From Candidatus Saccharimonadota bacterium (GTDB lineage: Bacteria; Patescibacteriota; Gracilibacteria; BD1-5; UBA6164), in assembly GCA_965227835.1 (NCBI GenBank), contig OZ245768.1, forward strand, positions 840,001 through 872,000: a DNA stretch of 32,000 bases, given 5' to 3'. The notes beneath the pieces are model-generated. The model ran no database searches. It was given only the letters and a program-made list of their open reading frames with translations, and was not told where the DNA came from. Of the stretch, positions 1 to 11,824 are shown one piece after another. The position numbers were made by a program, and so were the translations under genes. Every line of letters begins with the position of its first letter. Positions within the stretch are counted from its first letter, which is position 1.

Positions 1-3000
1 ATTTCTTCAAGCTGTGCTGTAACCCAGTCTGTTATAAAACTAGGAAACCCTGCGACTCTACTTTGAGAAATCTCATTTACACTACCAAGACTAAATCCAT
101 CTTCTGAAAAATCCAAAGAAAGACTAATATCTGATTCATCTCAAGTTCATCAATTTACAGAAATAATAGAGTTATCATTTTGTATATCATAGTTATTATA
201 GCTACCAGGTTTGGCAGGATCCTCAAAGGCATTTTTAAAAGCATCTTTTAGATTATCAGAAACTTTTCAATTTTTTCTATATTCTAGGTAATATCTAGCA
301 AGTCCTGTATTTATCATATTGGAAGATGGAAGTTTTTGATGTCAGCTACTTTGAATACTTGTTCATCATCCACTATTTCATCATCAACCACCACAACTTC
401 AATTTACTACTCAAAATGATGATCATCAATAGGTTCCTCATCAGTAATAGTTTACTTGTCAAATACTTCAAGGATTTCAATTTATTTCTTCATCTTTACA
501 TAAATTTGGCATAGGAGCAGCAGCAACTATACAATTTCAACCTGGAATAGCAGGACTAGCTCAAGGTGGTGGAAGATTTCAAACAACAGAAGCTGGTCAA
601 CCAAAACAAGCAGCAACTCAAACTCAACCAGTAAGAGTTGGTGTTACATATAGCCTAAAAACATTTGTGGGAGAATTTGCTCAAAGCATTCATCATGCTC
701 ACATAGAAGTATTACAAGATCATCTAAAAGCAAAAGGAGAAATAGGCCATATCATAGGTACTTGAAAACATCACCAAGGACCGGGAACATTAAATCAAGT
801 TAATCATGATATAATTGGTATACCTTCATTTACTTTTAATCAGTCTCAAATAGGAAATCAAAAAAGTGTAGGGTCTCATCCAGGAGCAAGTGGTGCCCAG
901 TTAAGTGGAGAAGCAAAACAATTTCATCAACCAAATCAGCATCAAAATCATTGTATTAGGTTATCTAAATCAGCTGATACAGAATCAACTTTGCTATTTA
1001 TTTTACCAATCATATCAAATATATCATCATCAGCATTTATCTTTCTAGAATCACTATAATCTTTTAAAGCTTCCTGAGCATATTCAGTTAGAGCATTATT
1101 ATTGGTTTCGTATGAATCATCTAAGATTAAATCATCTGAATCATCATTTAGCTCATCTATATAATCAGGAATTCAATTATTGTTAGTATCAACATCATTT
1201 CTAGCAAGTTCTTCTGGAATTGGTGAGTTATCACAGCTTTGGGTTTGAGCTCATTTTTGGTATGATTTTTGAGAATTTGATCTAAATATTTCTCATTCTC
1301 AACCACAACTATTATTGCTACTGCTGACTCTAACATCTCAAAACGAATCATCTCAAGCTTCATCTTTTTCAAAAAGTCCAACCTCTATAGAACCAAAATT
1401 AAGTGCTTTAGTTGATACTCTATAAGTAATATTTATCTCTTCTTGGGGGTTTAAGCTAAATTTGTCCACCATAAATTTATATTTTCAAATACCTGGTCTT
1501 ATGATTAAATCATCTCTATCTTTTTTGATAGAATCAAAATCAATTTCAAAAAACTCCATTGTATCTTCCAAATATACTATATCTCTAATAACTTGTGTAT
1601 TTGTATTGTTTTTCAGGGTAACATTTATTTCAACTATATCTTTGTATTTAAGATTTCATCAATTTAGGTCTGTAAAAGTTTTTAATACATCTATTCAAAT
1701 TTGAGAAGCAAACTCACTTTTTATAAAATCTGTTTGCTTGGTATGATTTTCTTTTGTGGGGTCTATATCGGGATCATATGCTAGTTTTTCAAACATCAAT
1801 CTTTCAAGCATATTTACTGGTACTTCTGGAACTTCATCACTACTAGGTTCTTTTTTATCATCTATTCACCTAAAATAAAGAGCTCACATTTCATTTGTAG
1901 AATTTCAACTAAGGCTTATACCATATCAAGAATTTATGGTATTTTTTTCAAAATCTAGGCTTCAAGATTTTCAGTAAAAAATGTTTAAATCTCAGTTAGA
2001 ATCTAGTGTAACTATATCTGTGATAGAATCTCAATCCATATCAAAAGATTTTGCATCTGTTATTCTTCAAAGTAAATCAAAATTATCTGTAAGATCAACA
2101 CGAACAAAATCTTTCTTTGTATTATCTAATAAAAATGGATATCACTTGGAGTTTACGAAAAATATATCATCATAGTTATCTCATGAAAAATCACCTGTGC
2201 TTATAAGTTCCAAATCACCAAAATCTACAACTCTGGCTAGATTTTTTTGATCCAAAAAGGACTGCTCTATATTTTTATTTTCCAAAAGGGACAGAAATCA
2301 AGAATCTTCTACAAGTAATATATCTTCTCTAGAATCAGCATTATAATCAAAAGTTTTATAGAATCTTATAGGTCTTTTATTTAGTTTTTTTCATAAGGTT
2401 TTATCAAAATTCTTTGTAATACCATAAGATTGTTGTTTTATTTTTTTGAGATAAACCACAGGGTCTCAGAGGTTTATACTATTTATATCCATATTTTGTT
2501 TGGTAGACTCTCAAACATTTTGTCCACTTGAAAATGAAAGAAGGGTTTTATTGCTAGACTTCCAACCTAAATTTCAATCTTTGGCAAAATTAGAATAGGT
2601 ATCAAGTCTTCATCTAGAAAAAGAATTAAGAGAATCATTAGTAGAAAATGGATCGTTGTAGTAAATATTTTTAACTTGAGAATCGTCATTTTCAACCAAA
2701 CTGGAAATATTATAACTACTTGTTTCTAGATATATTATAAGTGAGTTTTTCTTTGTATTTAGATAATTATTAAGCCTAGGCATATCAGGAGCTACGATTA
2801 CTTCGTCTATATTTATTCAAAATATCTCTTGAAAATTAAGTGAATCAGAATTAACAACTTTATCATAAGTGTCTTGGGTTACTTCTAAGTTGTTAAAATT
2901 TAGATATATTTTTCATATATAAATATTTAATGCTTTGTTGAATAAATCTAGATAATGGTTTCATGAGCTATCCTTTGTTAATGTAATACTTATGTCTTGG

Positions 3001-6000
3001 CTTAGGTCTGATTCATCATATATTTTTGATACAAAATTTTTCGTTATACTTAGAGAGTTTTTTGTATTGTATGGACTATTTAAAAGGCTAGTAACAGCAA
3101 GTGCTCTATTCTCTCTATCAAAAAGCATAGAACCTGCAAGGTAGTTTTCATGGGTTATGTCTCAATATGCTCATCAAACAAGTGTCGTATAAAGTGCATT
3201 ATAATTGTTGCTAAATACAGAATCTCCAGAGTAAAAGAAAAATGTTTCAAGTCCTATAGCATTTTGACTCACTCAGTTTATTTCTACTAAATTATCTCAT
3301 TCTCATATAGTGTGAATATTATCTTCCAGAGTTTTATCTATAGAAGCTTTTAAATAAGCTGCACCTGGAAGTTCGGTTGCATTTATCCTAAATTTAGTGA
3401 TTCAGTTTTTAAGTGTTTGAGAATAGGAGTTTGAGCTAATAATTGATTTATATTCATCAAGTATTTCTAAATCTATTTTTGAAGAGTTATCACTAAATAC
3501 TGTATTGTTATAAATATCTCTAAGTTCTACCTCCACATATATTTGTATATCTGGACTTGCTTCTAATTTATTACCAGAGGATATAAGCTCAATTGACATA
3601 GGTTCTGCATGCATTATAGCAACATAATCACTAAATACAGTATCAAATCACTCAACTCTAAATCTAACTTCTAAATCTTTTTTGGATTTAACTTTTGTGG
3701 AAAAATAAGCTATGGCTTTACCTTCTATTATTTCTACATAATCTTTTTCAAATTCTATATAGTTAATATCTGAAGAAATATAAACTCTTGAATTTAAGTC
3801 GTTTAGAAGGTTTCAATTTTTATCTTTTATATTAAGTTCTACACTATATCTATTGTTTCATACTTCTAGTTCATCTCAGTAGCTAGTCCCTATTTCTACC
3901 TCATCTATAACTCTTATATCTTTGCTTGTACTAGAAATTAGAACAGAGTCCTTTATTAAATCTATTTTTAATTTAGATATTCAAGCTTGATCACTTGATT
4001 TAAGCCTAAAAGCCTTGAATCATTCAAAGGTGGTTAGTGTAAGTGATTTGGAATCATTTGCTTCAAAAACTACACTATCTCATAAAATACTTAGTTCAAA
4101 ATCATATACATCTCCTGAAACTATATTATCAAATTTGTCATAAATACTTAAGATATTATTAGAAACAGCCGAGTTTGATTCCAAAACATTTGTTCATAAA
4201 TCTAGCTGTATTTTAGATGGAGCTAAAGGAAGTATAGTAAAATTATTTTGGGTTTTGTATCAATAATAATCGACTACTTCTATTTCATATTCTCATGATT
4301 TTGTTATAGAGTATAATTCTCTTATGGAGTTTAGCTGATTTTTGTTAAAGCTTTCTTCTTGTATTATTTCAGAGTTTGAGTCTCTTAAGGTAACTTTTAT
4401 AGGGAAATTTAGATCTTTTTCGACTCATCAGTCTCAAAGACTAGATAGGGAAAATACTAAAGAATTGCTATTAACACTGTTTGTATCTAGGTTGGAATTT
4501 TTATCATCTATTAAGTATATATTCGTATCATCATTTGCATATGTATAGTTTAAAAATTCTTCCTCTAAATCTTGATTTACAAGTGTGGGGCTTAGAAAAA
4601 GCCTATCATTTCTAACTTTTACTATTAAATCATCAGAATTTAAACTAACGGTTTCTTCTCATTTGTGGTCAAGTAGACTTAGCCTAGATTTGAAATATAT
4701 ATCTGCTTGTTTTCACTTGGTGGAAAAAGAATAGTTTGCTCCTCAATAGTTTGATTTTATAGATATAGGTTTAAAAGAAATATATTGATTTATTATATCA
4801 GAGCTATAAAAGAAACTATCTTTTGAAGAATCATAAACAGTTTCATCTGTTTCTACATCAACTATTTTAAGAAGATCAAAATATATATAGCTAGAATTAT
4901 CAATAAAAACTCTTTTAAGGTCTTTATCTAAAACTTTTGCTTCTATATTTCATTGTTTATTTGGTAAATATCTCAAACTATCAGAAGATGTCTCAAGTAA
5001 AGAGTCATCTTTTAGAGTCGATTCAAGACAATCATTAACTCAGTTTTTATCATCATCTTCCCTACATTGATCCCCTCCTCACATATATTTAGAATAAAGA
5101 TCCTCAACTGAATAAATTGTTTCTCAAATCTCTTGTGACATTTCCTCTAATATATGACTACTTCAACAATTTCATTCTCATATGCTTATTTGTGGAGGCA
5201 ACATATTTTCAAGCCAACATTGTACTGCTGGAAACCATTCCCAAATTGGTACTCAATCTGGGGGAGCACATTTGAAATTTGTATCAACTTTATTGCTGGA
5301 GTTTATAGCTCAAATTCAAAGTTTTGCATTATTCAGTGATTCATTTGTAGCAATTATATCAGAATATGGATTATCTTTTTCACCATTTGGATCCATTTTG
5401 ATATACATATTTTCAGCATCTCAATGTCAGCCAATGTATGCTATTTCATATTGTTTTTTATTTTTAGATAGTATGTAGTCAAAATCTGTATCTTTGGAAA
5501 CTTGATCGCTCAAATAGTTTTCAAATACAAATTTATATTTTGCAGATATATTATTCAAACTATTCCAGTAAATGGAAAAAACTAAGAAATCATAGTAAGA
5601 TACTTCTTTTGTTTCTCATCATATTTCTAAATTTTTTACTGGTTTGCTTTTTAAAAAATTAACTAAATCAAAATCTTCTTCCATATAATCTCATACTTTT
5701 AGAAGTTCATAAATCTCTAGGTTTGATCAGCTAAGAGATTTTGGATTTTCTTCTCTTATTATATCATTTATATAGTCACTTTTTTCTCTTAAATATTCGT
5801 CTAGTTTTTGGGATACTTCTTGGCTATTTTTTCATGATAGCCTGAAAAGATATGGATAGTTTATCTTTTTATAATTTCAAAGAGCACTTATAAAATCAAT
5901 ATATCTATCTTTGTCTATTGGTAGATTTGGTGTTATAAATGAAGATAACTGAGCATTTACTTCGTCAATTGTTGGGGATTTGTGTTCTAAATATGAGTTT

Positions 6001-8000
6001 ATAGATTTAAAATAGTATTTGTTTGTTTTCCAATTATTCCAACTGGTATTAGTTGAGGTAGACGATGATGTAGTATTATTTCACTTACATTCATAAACAG
6101 TCACTTTAACAGTTTCTCATGATTCTCAATAATCAACTTCTACTTCTTTTCAAGGATCACTATATGATAAATATTTAGCTTGATTATTATCTAGATATAA
6201 ATGCCTTATTTCACATTTTCAAATACCTGAATCATTATATATATCCTCAAATACTAAATCAGAATTATATCTACCACTGGTATTATCTGTTTCACAAGAC
6301 CATCTCTGACCTTTCAATTCATAATCTGCTCAATCATATTTTCTTTGTAATAAAAGATTATTATCCAAACAATTATATGGGGAAGGGTTCAGAGAATTAT
6401 TTTCTATTTTTTTAGATCATATTATATCAAAGACAGGTTCTATTGCTCATTTTAAATTATAAGGTTTTAGCTCCATAACTCCGGTTTCACTAATTTTTTC
6501 ATTATCTAGATTCAAAGGTGTATTTCATCACCATAATCATTTTAGAGATTTACCACTTTGGATTAATCGCTGACAATTGTTGTTAAGTCTATTTATATCT
6601 CAATCTATTAAATTGATATTTAATCCTCTGTTTGCTTCTACAAGTTGTCAGGAGTTTGCAGTATTTCCTCTGTATATACTACATTCATAAGATGAGTTTA
6701 TGTTAGATGCTTTTTTACCGTGAAGATAGTTTTCAAAGTATCTATTATATCATGTTTCATTGTCTTTTTTATGAATATTTGTAGGAACAGCTATTTTTCT
6801 TGATAAAGAAGTTTTTACTAGATTGTCTATTTCTTCTTCTAAATCATTGTTTGCTGATTTTATAACTTTTTGACTTACTATATCTAAAACAGATATAAAA
6901 TAAGGTATTAAATCAACATTTACTCAACTTGTTCACTCGTTGTATCTTCAAGCATTGTGAAGATTTGTTCTAAAATCAGATATAGATCATTTATTGAAAA
7001 TTTCTATAAAAGTGTTTGTAGTACCATCTACAATTTCTTTGGTCATTATATCACTAGTATTTGTGGTATCTGGGGAACTTGAACTAGCAAAAGCATCTTT
7101 TAGCTCATCTGAATCAATAGCTCAAACTATATTTTCCAGTTGAGAATTTTGTGAATCAAGTACTTCATCTTTTATCTTGTCAGCCAGTTCTTTTGAATAT
7201 CTATTGTAGCTTATATCTTCTATATTTTTCATATATGCATCATAACCTTTATATGATGAATAATCTATAGATTTTTGTTCTCTGATTCAGTCAAAATAAA
7301 AAACAGAAGGTGTATAATCAGAAGGAACCTCTTCTTCTCTGTTACCATTTAATACATTTATAGAACTAGAAAATTGATTTTCTCATTCATAGAAATCATG
7401 ATTTTTATCAAGGAAATCTTTTATTTTGGATATATCTTCGTTTGTATCTCAAGTATTTGGAGATATAAAAGAATGCCATATTTCTGGCTTTGGATTTGAA
7501 ATATTTCAATCATTTTTCTGAAATATATTAGTGTCATGATCGTATATAAATCCCTTATCATCAAAATCTACATATGGGAATACAGATTTGATTGTTTCTC
7601 AATTTTTTCAAACTATTGGTAGTGGTATATTTCATATAAAAATACTTCAAATAAGTCTAGACTCAAAATCCACTTCTTGGAGGGATTTATATCACTGGTT
7701 ATAAAGGCTTTCGTTTAGAGATGCTATTTGAAAAGAGTTTGTTTCTTGTTTTATGGGTAATATTACAGCAATAGTTTTTTCAAGTGTGTTTTGTATATCT
7801 TTTGCATATCTCTCTATTTCATCATCAAGTTCTTCATAAATTTCTTCACTAACTATTATTGAAACTAGATTTGAAAAATCTTTGTTTGTAGCATAGGCTT
7901 GATTGAAAAAAGAAAAAATAGACAAACCCGTGATTTGTCCAAAAAAGAAGGCAAAAAGAAGGATATATGAAATTATTTTTTGTAGTGTGGAGTAGTTCAT
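1..8000 (-). CDS. Giant secreted/cell-surface protein, partial: the C-terminus lies beyond the left window edge. At least 2,666 codons under table 25.
   Basis: ATG at 8000-7998. The N-terminus MNYSTLQKIISYILLFAFFFGQITGLSIFSFFNQAYA/TNK is a classic signal peptide. I checked every codon of this minus frame (plus-strand triplets starting at positions divisible by 3) from 8000 down to 1 and found no TAA or TAG, only frequent TGA. Track ORFs 7692-8000 and 3402-3614 are fragments of this frame. Hand-translated stretch: ...NQGYKSLQEVDFESRLIGSIFIGNIPLPIVGKNGETIKSVFPYVDFDDKGFIYDHD... Confidence 0.85.
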
Positions 8001-8198
8001 ATATTTTGTGATTTATTTGCTTTTCTCAAAATAAAAAAAGCTTTCAAATATAATATTTGAAAAGTCTTTTTTCACAAATCTTTTGTGATGTTTTATTTCT
8101 GCAAAATTAAAGTGTATAAAAAAATAATCTTTTTTGAAGTTTTAGAAAAAATAGAAACTTTAAAAATTACATTTGACTTTAGATTTTAAAAAATTTTT

Positions 8199-8225
8199 TT
8201 GCAAAATATTTGAAATAATTATAAT
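8199..8225 (+). promoter_or_regulatory. Candidate sigma70-like promoter for creA: TTGCAA, 15-nt spacer, TATAAT.
   Basis: ttgcaa at 8199-8204 and tataat at 8220-8225, about 85 nt upstream of the creA ATG. The spacer is short and AT-rich DNA produces such hexamers easily. Confidence 0.3.
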
Positions 8226-8298
8226 AGTTTTACTATCAAGCAATAGTGCTTAATAGTTCTTTTATATATAAAGGAAAATACACAAACCAAAACCAAAT

Positions 8299-8303
8299 GG
8301 GAG
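8299..8303 (+). promoter_or_regulatory. Shine-Dalgarno (GGGAG) of creA.
   Basis: gggag lies 6 nt upstream of the ATG at 8310. The UGA-containing native genes in this window show no comparable purine-rich box. Confidence 0.6.
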
Positions 8304-8309
8304 AAAAAT

Positions 8310-8768
8310 ATGCGATATTTAGCATTAATGTCTGTTCTTTTATCTTTTTCATCTTTATGTATGGCATATGAGGTGGGAGAAGTAGATACCTCTTTCAAGA
8401 TTTTAGGCCCCAACCACAAAATTGTAATAGAGGGATTCCAAGATCCACGAATTTCAGGTGTAACATGTCATATAAGCAGGGCTAAAAGAGGGGGTATTAC
8501 TGGAGGTATTGGTATCGCTACTGATACTTCAGATGCATCAATTGCTTGTAGACAAACTGGTCCAATTAATGAAGACAAAGTTGCAAGATTAGAAGACGGA
8601 GAAGAAGTTTTTAAAAAAAGCACTTCTATTTTGTTTAAAACTATGCAAGTGGTAAGGTTTTACGATGAAGAAGCAAATACAATTGTTTATCTTGTTTATT
8701 CAGATAAATTGATTGATGGCTCTCCTAAAAACTCTATATCTACCGTTCCTATAATGAACTGGGATTAG
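8310..8768 (+). CDS. creA: CreA-family periplasmic protein (152 aa, signal peptide).
   Basis: Intact in the standard code. The sequence MRYLALMSVLLSFSSLCMA/YEVGEVDTSFKILGPNHKIVIEGFQDP...VTCHISRAKRGGITGGIGIATDTSDASIACRQTGPI...VFKKSTSILFKTMQVVRFYD...YLVYSDKLIDGSPKNSISTVPIMNW follows the E. coli CreA pattern as I recall it. About 14 Gly codons are all GGN, with no TGA. The gene is visibly more GC-rich than its flanks. Confidence 0.9.
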   Translation: MRYLALMSVLLSFSSLCMAYEVGEVDTSFKILGPNHKIVIEGFQDPRISGVTCHISRAKRGGITGGIGIATDTSDASIACRQTGPINEDKVARLEDGEEVFKKSTSILFKTMQVVRFYDEEANTIVYLVYSDKLIDGSPKNSISTVPIMNWD

Positions 8769-8787
8769 GTATATAAATACTAAAAAA

Positions 8788-8811
8788 GTACCCCTCAAAT
8801 TTGAGGGGTAC
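8788..8811 (+). terminator. Rho-independent terminator after creA.
   Basis: Perfect 24-nt palindrome gtacccctcaaa/tttgaggggtac, followed by taaaatttt. Confidence 0.7.
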
Positions 8812-8841
8812 TAAAATTTTTAAATTATATAAATAGTAAAA

Positions 8842-10026
8842 ATGAATTTAACTAAAAACATACTTGATTCTACTTCAGAAGAACAGATAAATAAATGAAA
8901 GCTTGATTTAAAAGGAAACTCCGATTTGGTAGAAAAATTATCACAAAATGAATTAAAACAAGTAATATGACAAAGCTGAGCAAAAAAAGTATTGGTAAAT
9001 ATACTTGAAGAAGTTATTTCTTGAGTAAATATAAATAGAGAAAATTATCAAAAACCAATAGCAAGTAGCATATTTATATGACCAAGTTGAGTTTGAAAGA
9101 CTTTGCTTGCTAAAATGATACAAAAAATTTTCAACAAACATTTTGAAAATGATTTAGAATTTATAAAAATAAATTGTGCCGATTTTGCATGAGAAAATTT
9201 GTATCAATTGTCTAGAATCACTGGTGCTAGTGCATGATATATATGATCTGACAGAAAACCCATTTTTCATCCAGATAATGTTGAGTGAAAATGAAGAGTT
9301 ATACTTTTTGATGAGATAGAAAAATGATGACCTCTTTTTTGGAATATATTGTTATCAATACTTGATGATTGAACTTTAGATATAGATTATACAAGCAGGG
9401 ATAAAGAAAATAATAAAAAAATTATATCTGGATGAAAAGAAATAGATTCAAGTGAAGTCTCATCTTTAAAAACATATTTTTCCGATTGTTTTATAATTAT
9501 GACTTCCAATATATGAAACAGGGAGTTAGAAAATGAAATATCTTGAGGAAGTATTTGATTTCAAACAAGAGAAATAAATATAGAAGAAGTGGATACAGAG
9601 AAAATAATACTAAATGAGTTTGCTAAAAGATTCAAAATAGAAATGCAGTGAAGGTTTGATTATATAGTTCCTTTTTCTCACTTAAATAAAGAAAATGCCA
9701 AAGAAATAATAGACCAATTAATAAACAGACTTTTATGAAATACTTTATCAAAAGGAAATGGATTTGTGATAGAATTTTCAAAAAAAGCTAAAGAAAAAAT
9801 ATTAAGTGATGTTATATCTTCAAAGGATTTTAGAAAATTTTGAGGTAGATATATTGAATGATATTTTAAAAAAGAAATTATACCAAATGTAGCTAAAGCT
9901 ATAAATTTAGGAAAATTTAGAGGTTCTAATAATTGTTTGATAATAACAGAAGAAAACGGTAAGTTTGTTTTTTCTAAAGTTCCTATATCGACTAACAAAG
10001 AAGTTGAAGAAATTTTGGATAATTAG
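8842..10026 (+). CDS. Stand-alone AAA+ ATPase resembling the D2 module of ClpA/ClpB (394 aa under table 25).
   Basis: I translated the whole ORF by hand from ATG 8842 to TAG 10024-10026. It contains 23 in-frame TGA codons. Motifs: VIGQSGAKKVL, Walker A IFIGPSGVGKTLLAK, TGASAGYIGSD, Walker B/sensor [37 protein letters not shown], and the D2-small-like FGGRYIEGYF. These motifs only appear if TGA encodes Gly. Confidence 0.9.
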
Positions 10027-10041
10027 TTTAATTTCAAAAAA

Positions 10042-11664
10042 CTAAGAATTTTCAATTGAAAGCAAATATAATCTAATTCATTCAAAGTTTTTTTCATTAA
10101 AAAGTCTCCTAATTTCTTTTTTTTCTTTTCTGTAAAGAAAATCAAAAATTGAAAATGAATATTTTCAATTTTTAAATAAATGGTTTACAAATAGGTTAAG
10201 GCTAGATTCTTTTTTTCTATTTAGTTTATACAAAGAAATTCATTTTTCATAATAAAATTCTGCAAAGCTAGGATTAAGTTCTAATGAACTATTATACATT
10301 TCTATTGATTCTTCATAGTTTCATCTATCAAAAGAGCAAAGTCAATTCCAAAAGTAAATATCTGCGCATGTAGGATTAAGGTTTACAGCTATATTAAACA
10401 TATATTTTACCAAATCATAGTTTTCATCATTATGTAAAGAAACTGATTTGTTACTAATAATTTGTGATAATAGTATCTTTTCTGGATTTCAGGATACAGC
10501 TATATTGTCTCAAATATTACTAAATTCTTTATAAAATCAGAAATTATGGTCATTTTTTACACTATTTCACCATTTTAATTCATACAATTTTGGATTAGAA
10601 TTATTATCAAAATAATAACTTTTATTTCATAAAAAAATTTCTAAAGCCGAGTGTCTAGGAGAGCATAATCAATTGTGCCTTATTCAAAGTTCATATAAGA
10701 AACTATGCCACACTAAAGAAAATCATACACAATACATTTCTTTAAATTCTAATACCTTACTGGGTTGATATCAATAGTTTTCTAATGTGATTTGATATGG
10801 GTATGTAGAATATATTATATGTAATATCTTATCAACAGCTTTCTTTTCTAGCTCTGTTATTAATTTTTTATCGTTATTTTTCCTTGCCTCTTCTAACTCT
10901 TTTTTTAATTCATTTATTCATATTTTTTCCCTAAGTTTTTGTTCTCTAATATCTAAATCTTTTAGGGCAACTCTAGATGTAGCAAAATTTTCACCTACTC
11001 TTCTAAGTCTTGATTTTATTTCTTTAAATTCTTTTCTAGTAAGTGTCATGAGACCATATCTAAGCATATCTCTAGATTTTCTAAAGAAACTTAAGTCAAA
11101 CTCTCAAGTATAAAGAATTTCTAGTAAACTATCTAAATTATCTACATCTTTTAATTTTATCTTTTTGCTTGTTCAGTTTTTTTGATTGCTATAATCTTTT
11201 ATTTCTCTAATAGATTTTCTAAGAGAAAAGCTATCTGCTTCTAGTTCTTTTTGATATTTTAAAAAAGAATCTTTGGGTAGTCAATTCTCTGAAATTATGA
11301 TGTTTATTTTTTCTTGATTTTCTTTTTTAAGTTTTGATATTTGTTTTGGTGATAGATCTCTTATTCATAATTTTGCATATCAAATAAATCTTTTTATATC
11401 CAGTCATAAACTAAATTTCTCATTTAAAAGAAAAATTATATAGAATAAGTCTTTGTTATTTAAATCCTTTGGTAAGTAAAGATTATATTTTTTTCAAAAC
11501 TTGTCTTCTCAACTTTCTTTTAAAAATGCTCAATTTAAAGAATCAAACTCTTTCCTTTCAACAAATATAGGTTTTATATAAACCAGAGTTTTTAATATTT
11601 CTTTAAAAGCTTCTCTTGAATAATCATTTTCAAACAACGGATTATTTAAATTTTCTAAACTCAT
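10042..11664 (-). CDS. Transglutaminase-like/TPR protein (SirB1/YchA-like C-terminal half) with an uncharacterised N-terminal extension of about 300 aa (540 aa).
   Basis: ATG at 11664, TAG at 10042-10044. A frame scan found no in-frame TAA or TAG. The Cys-His-Asp-type motif is EMYCVGFSLVWHSFLYELGIRHNGLCSPRHSALEIFLGNKSYYFD. It is followed by TPR-like repeats: NPTCADIYFWNGLCSFDRGNYEESIEMYNSSLELNPSFAEFYYEKGISLYKLNRKKES. Confidence 0.75.
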
Positions 11665-11739
11665 ATAACTTTTTTTCTTTATTTTAACATATTTATTTTT
11701 TTATGTAAAAAATATGGTTTTCATTCTACAGTAAAAAAT

Positions 11740-11750
11740 GGGTCTGTTGC
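11740..11750. repeat. Left terminal inverted repeat of the IS5-like element.
   Basis: gggtctgttgc. See the IRR at 12933-12943. Confidence 0.75.
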
Positions 11751-11824
11751 AAATTAGATTTTAGCTATTAAAAAGAGAAAAAAGAGATATAATTAGATAG
11801 TAATTATATTCTAAGAAAATACCT

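Noticed and set aside
326-5478. Track ORFs inside 1-8000, on the plus strand or in other minus frames (326-514, 1157-1381, 1462-1704, 1981-2175, 4342-4548, 5154-5478).
   Set aside because: All are embedded in, or antisense to, the single 8-kb minus-strand frame, which has no TAA or TAG. None has homology features or initiation signals.
8842-10026. Alternative reading of TGA as Trp (table 4, Mycoplasma-like).
   Set aside because: TGA falls on glycines of Walker A (GxxGxGKT), GYxG and LDDG, on L31 G-IHP and on TnpA YVSTVG. Trp is incompatible with all of these. TGG is also used for Trp in the same genes.
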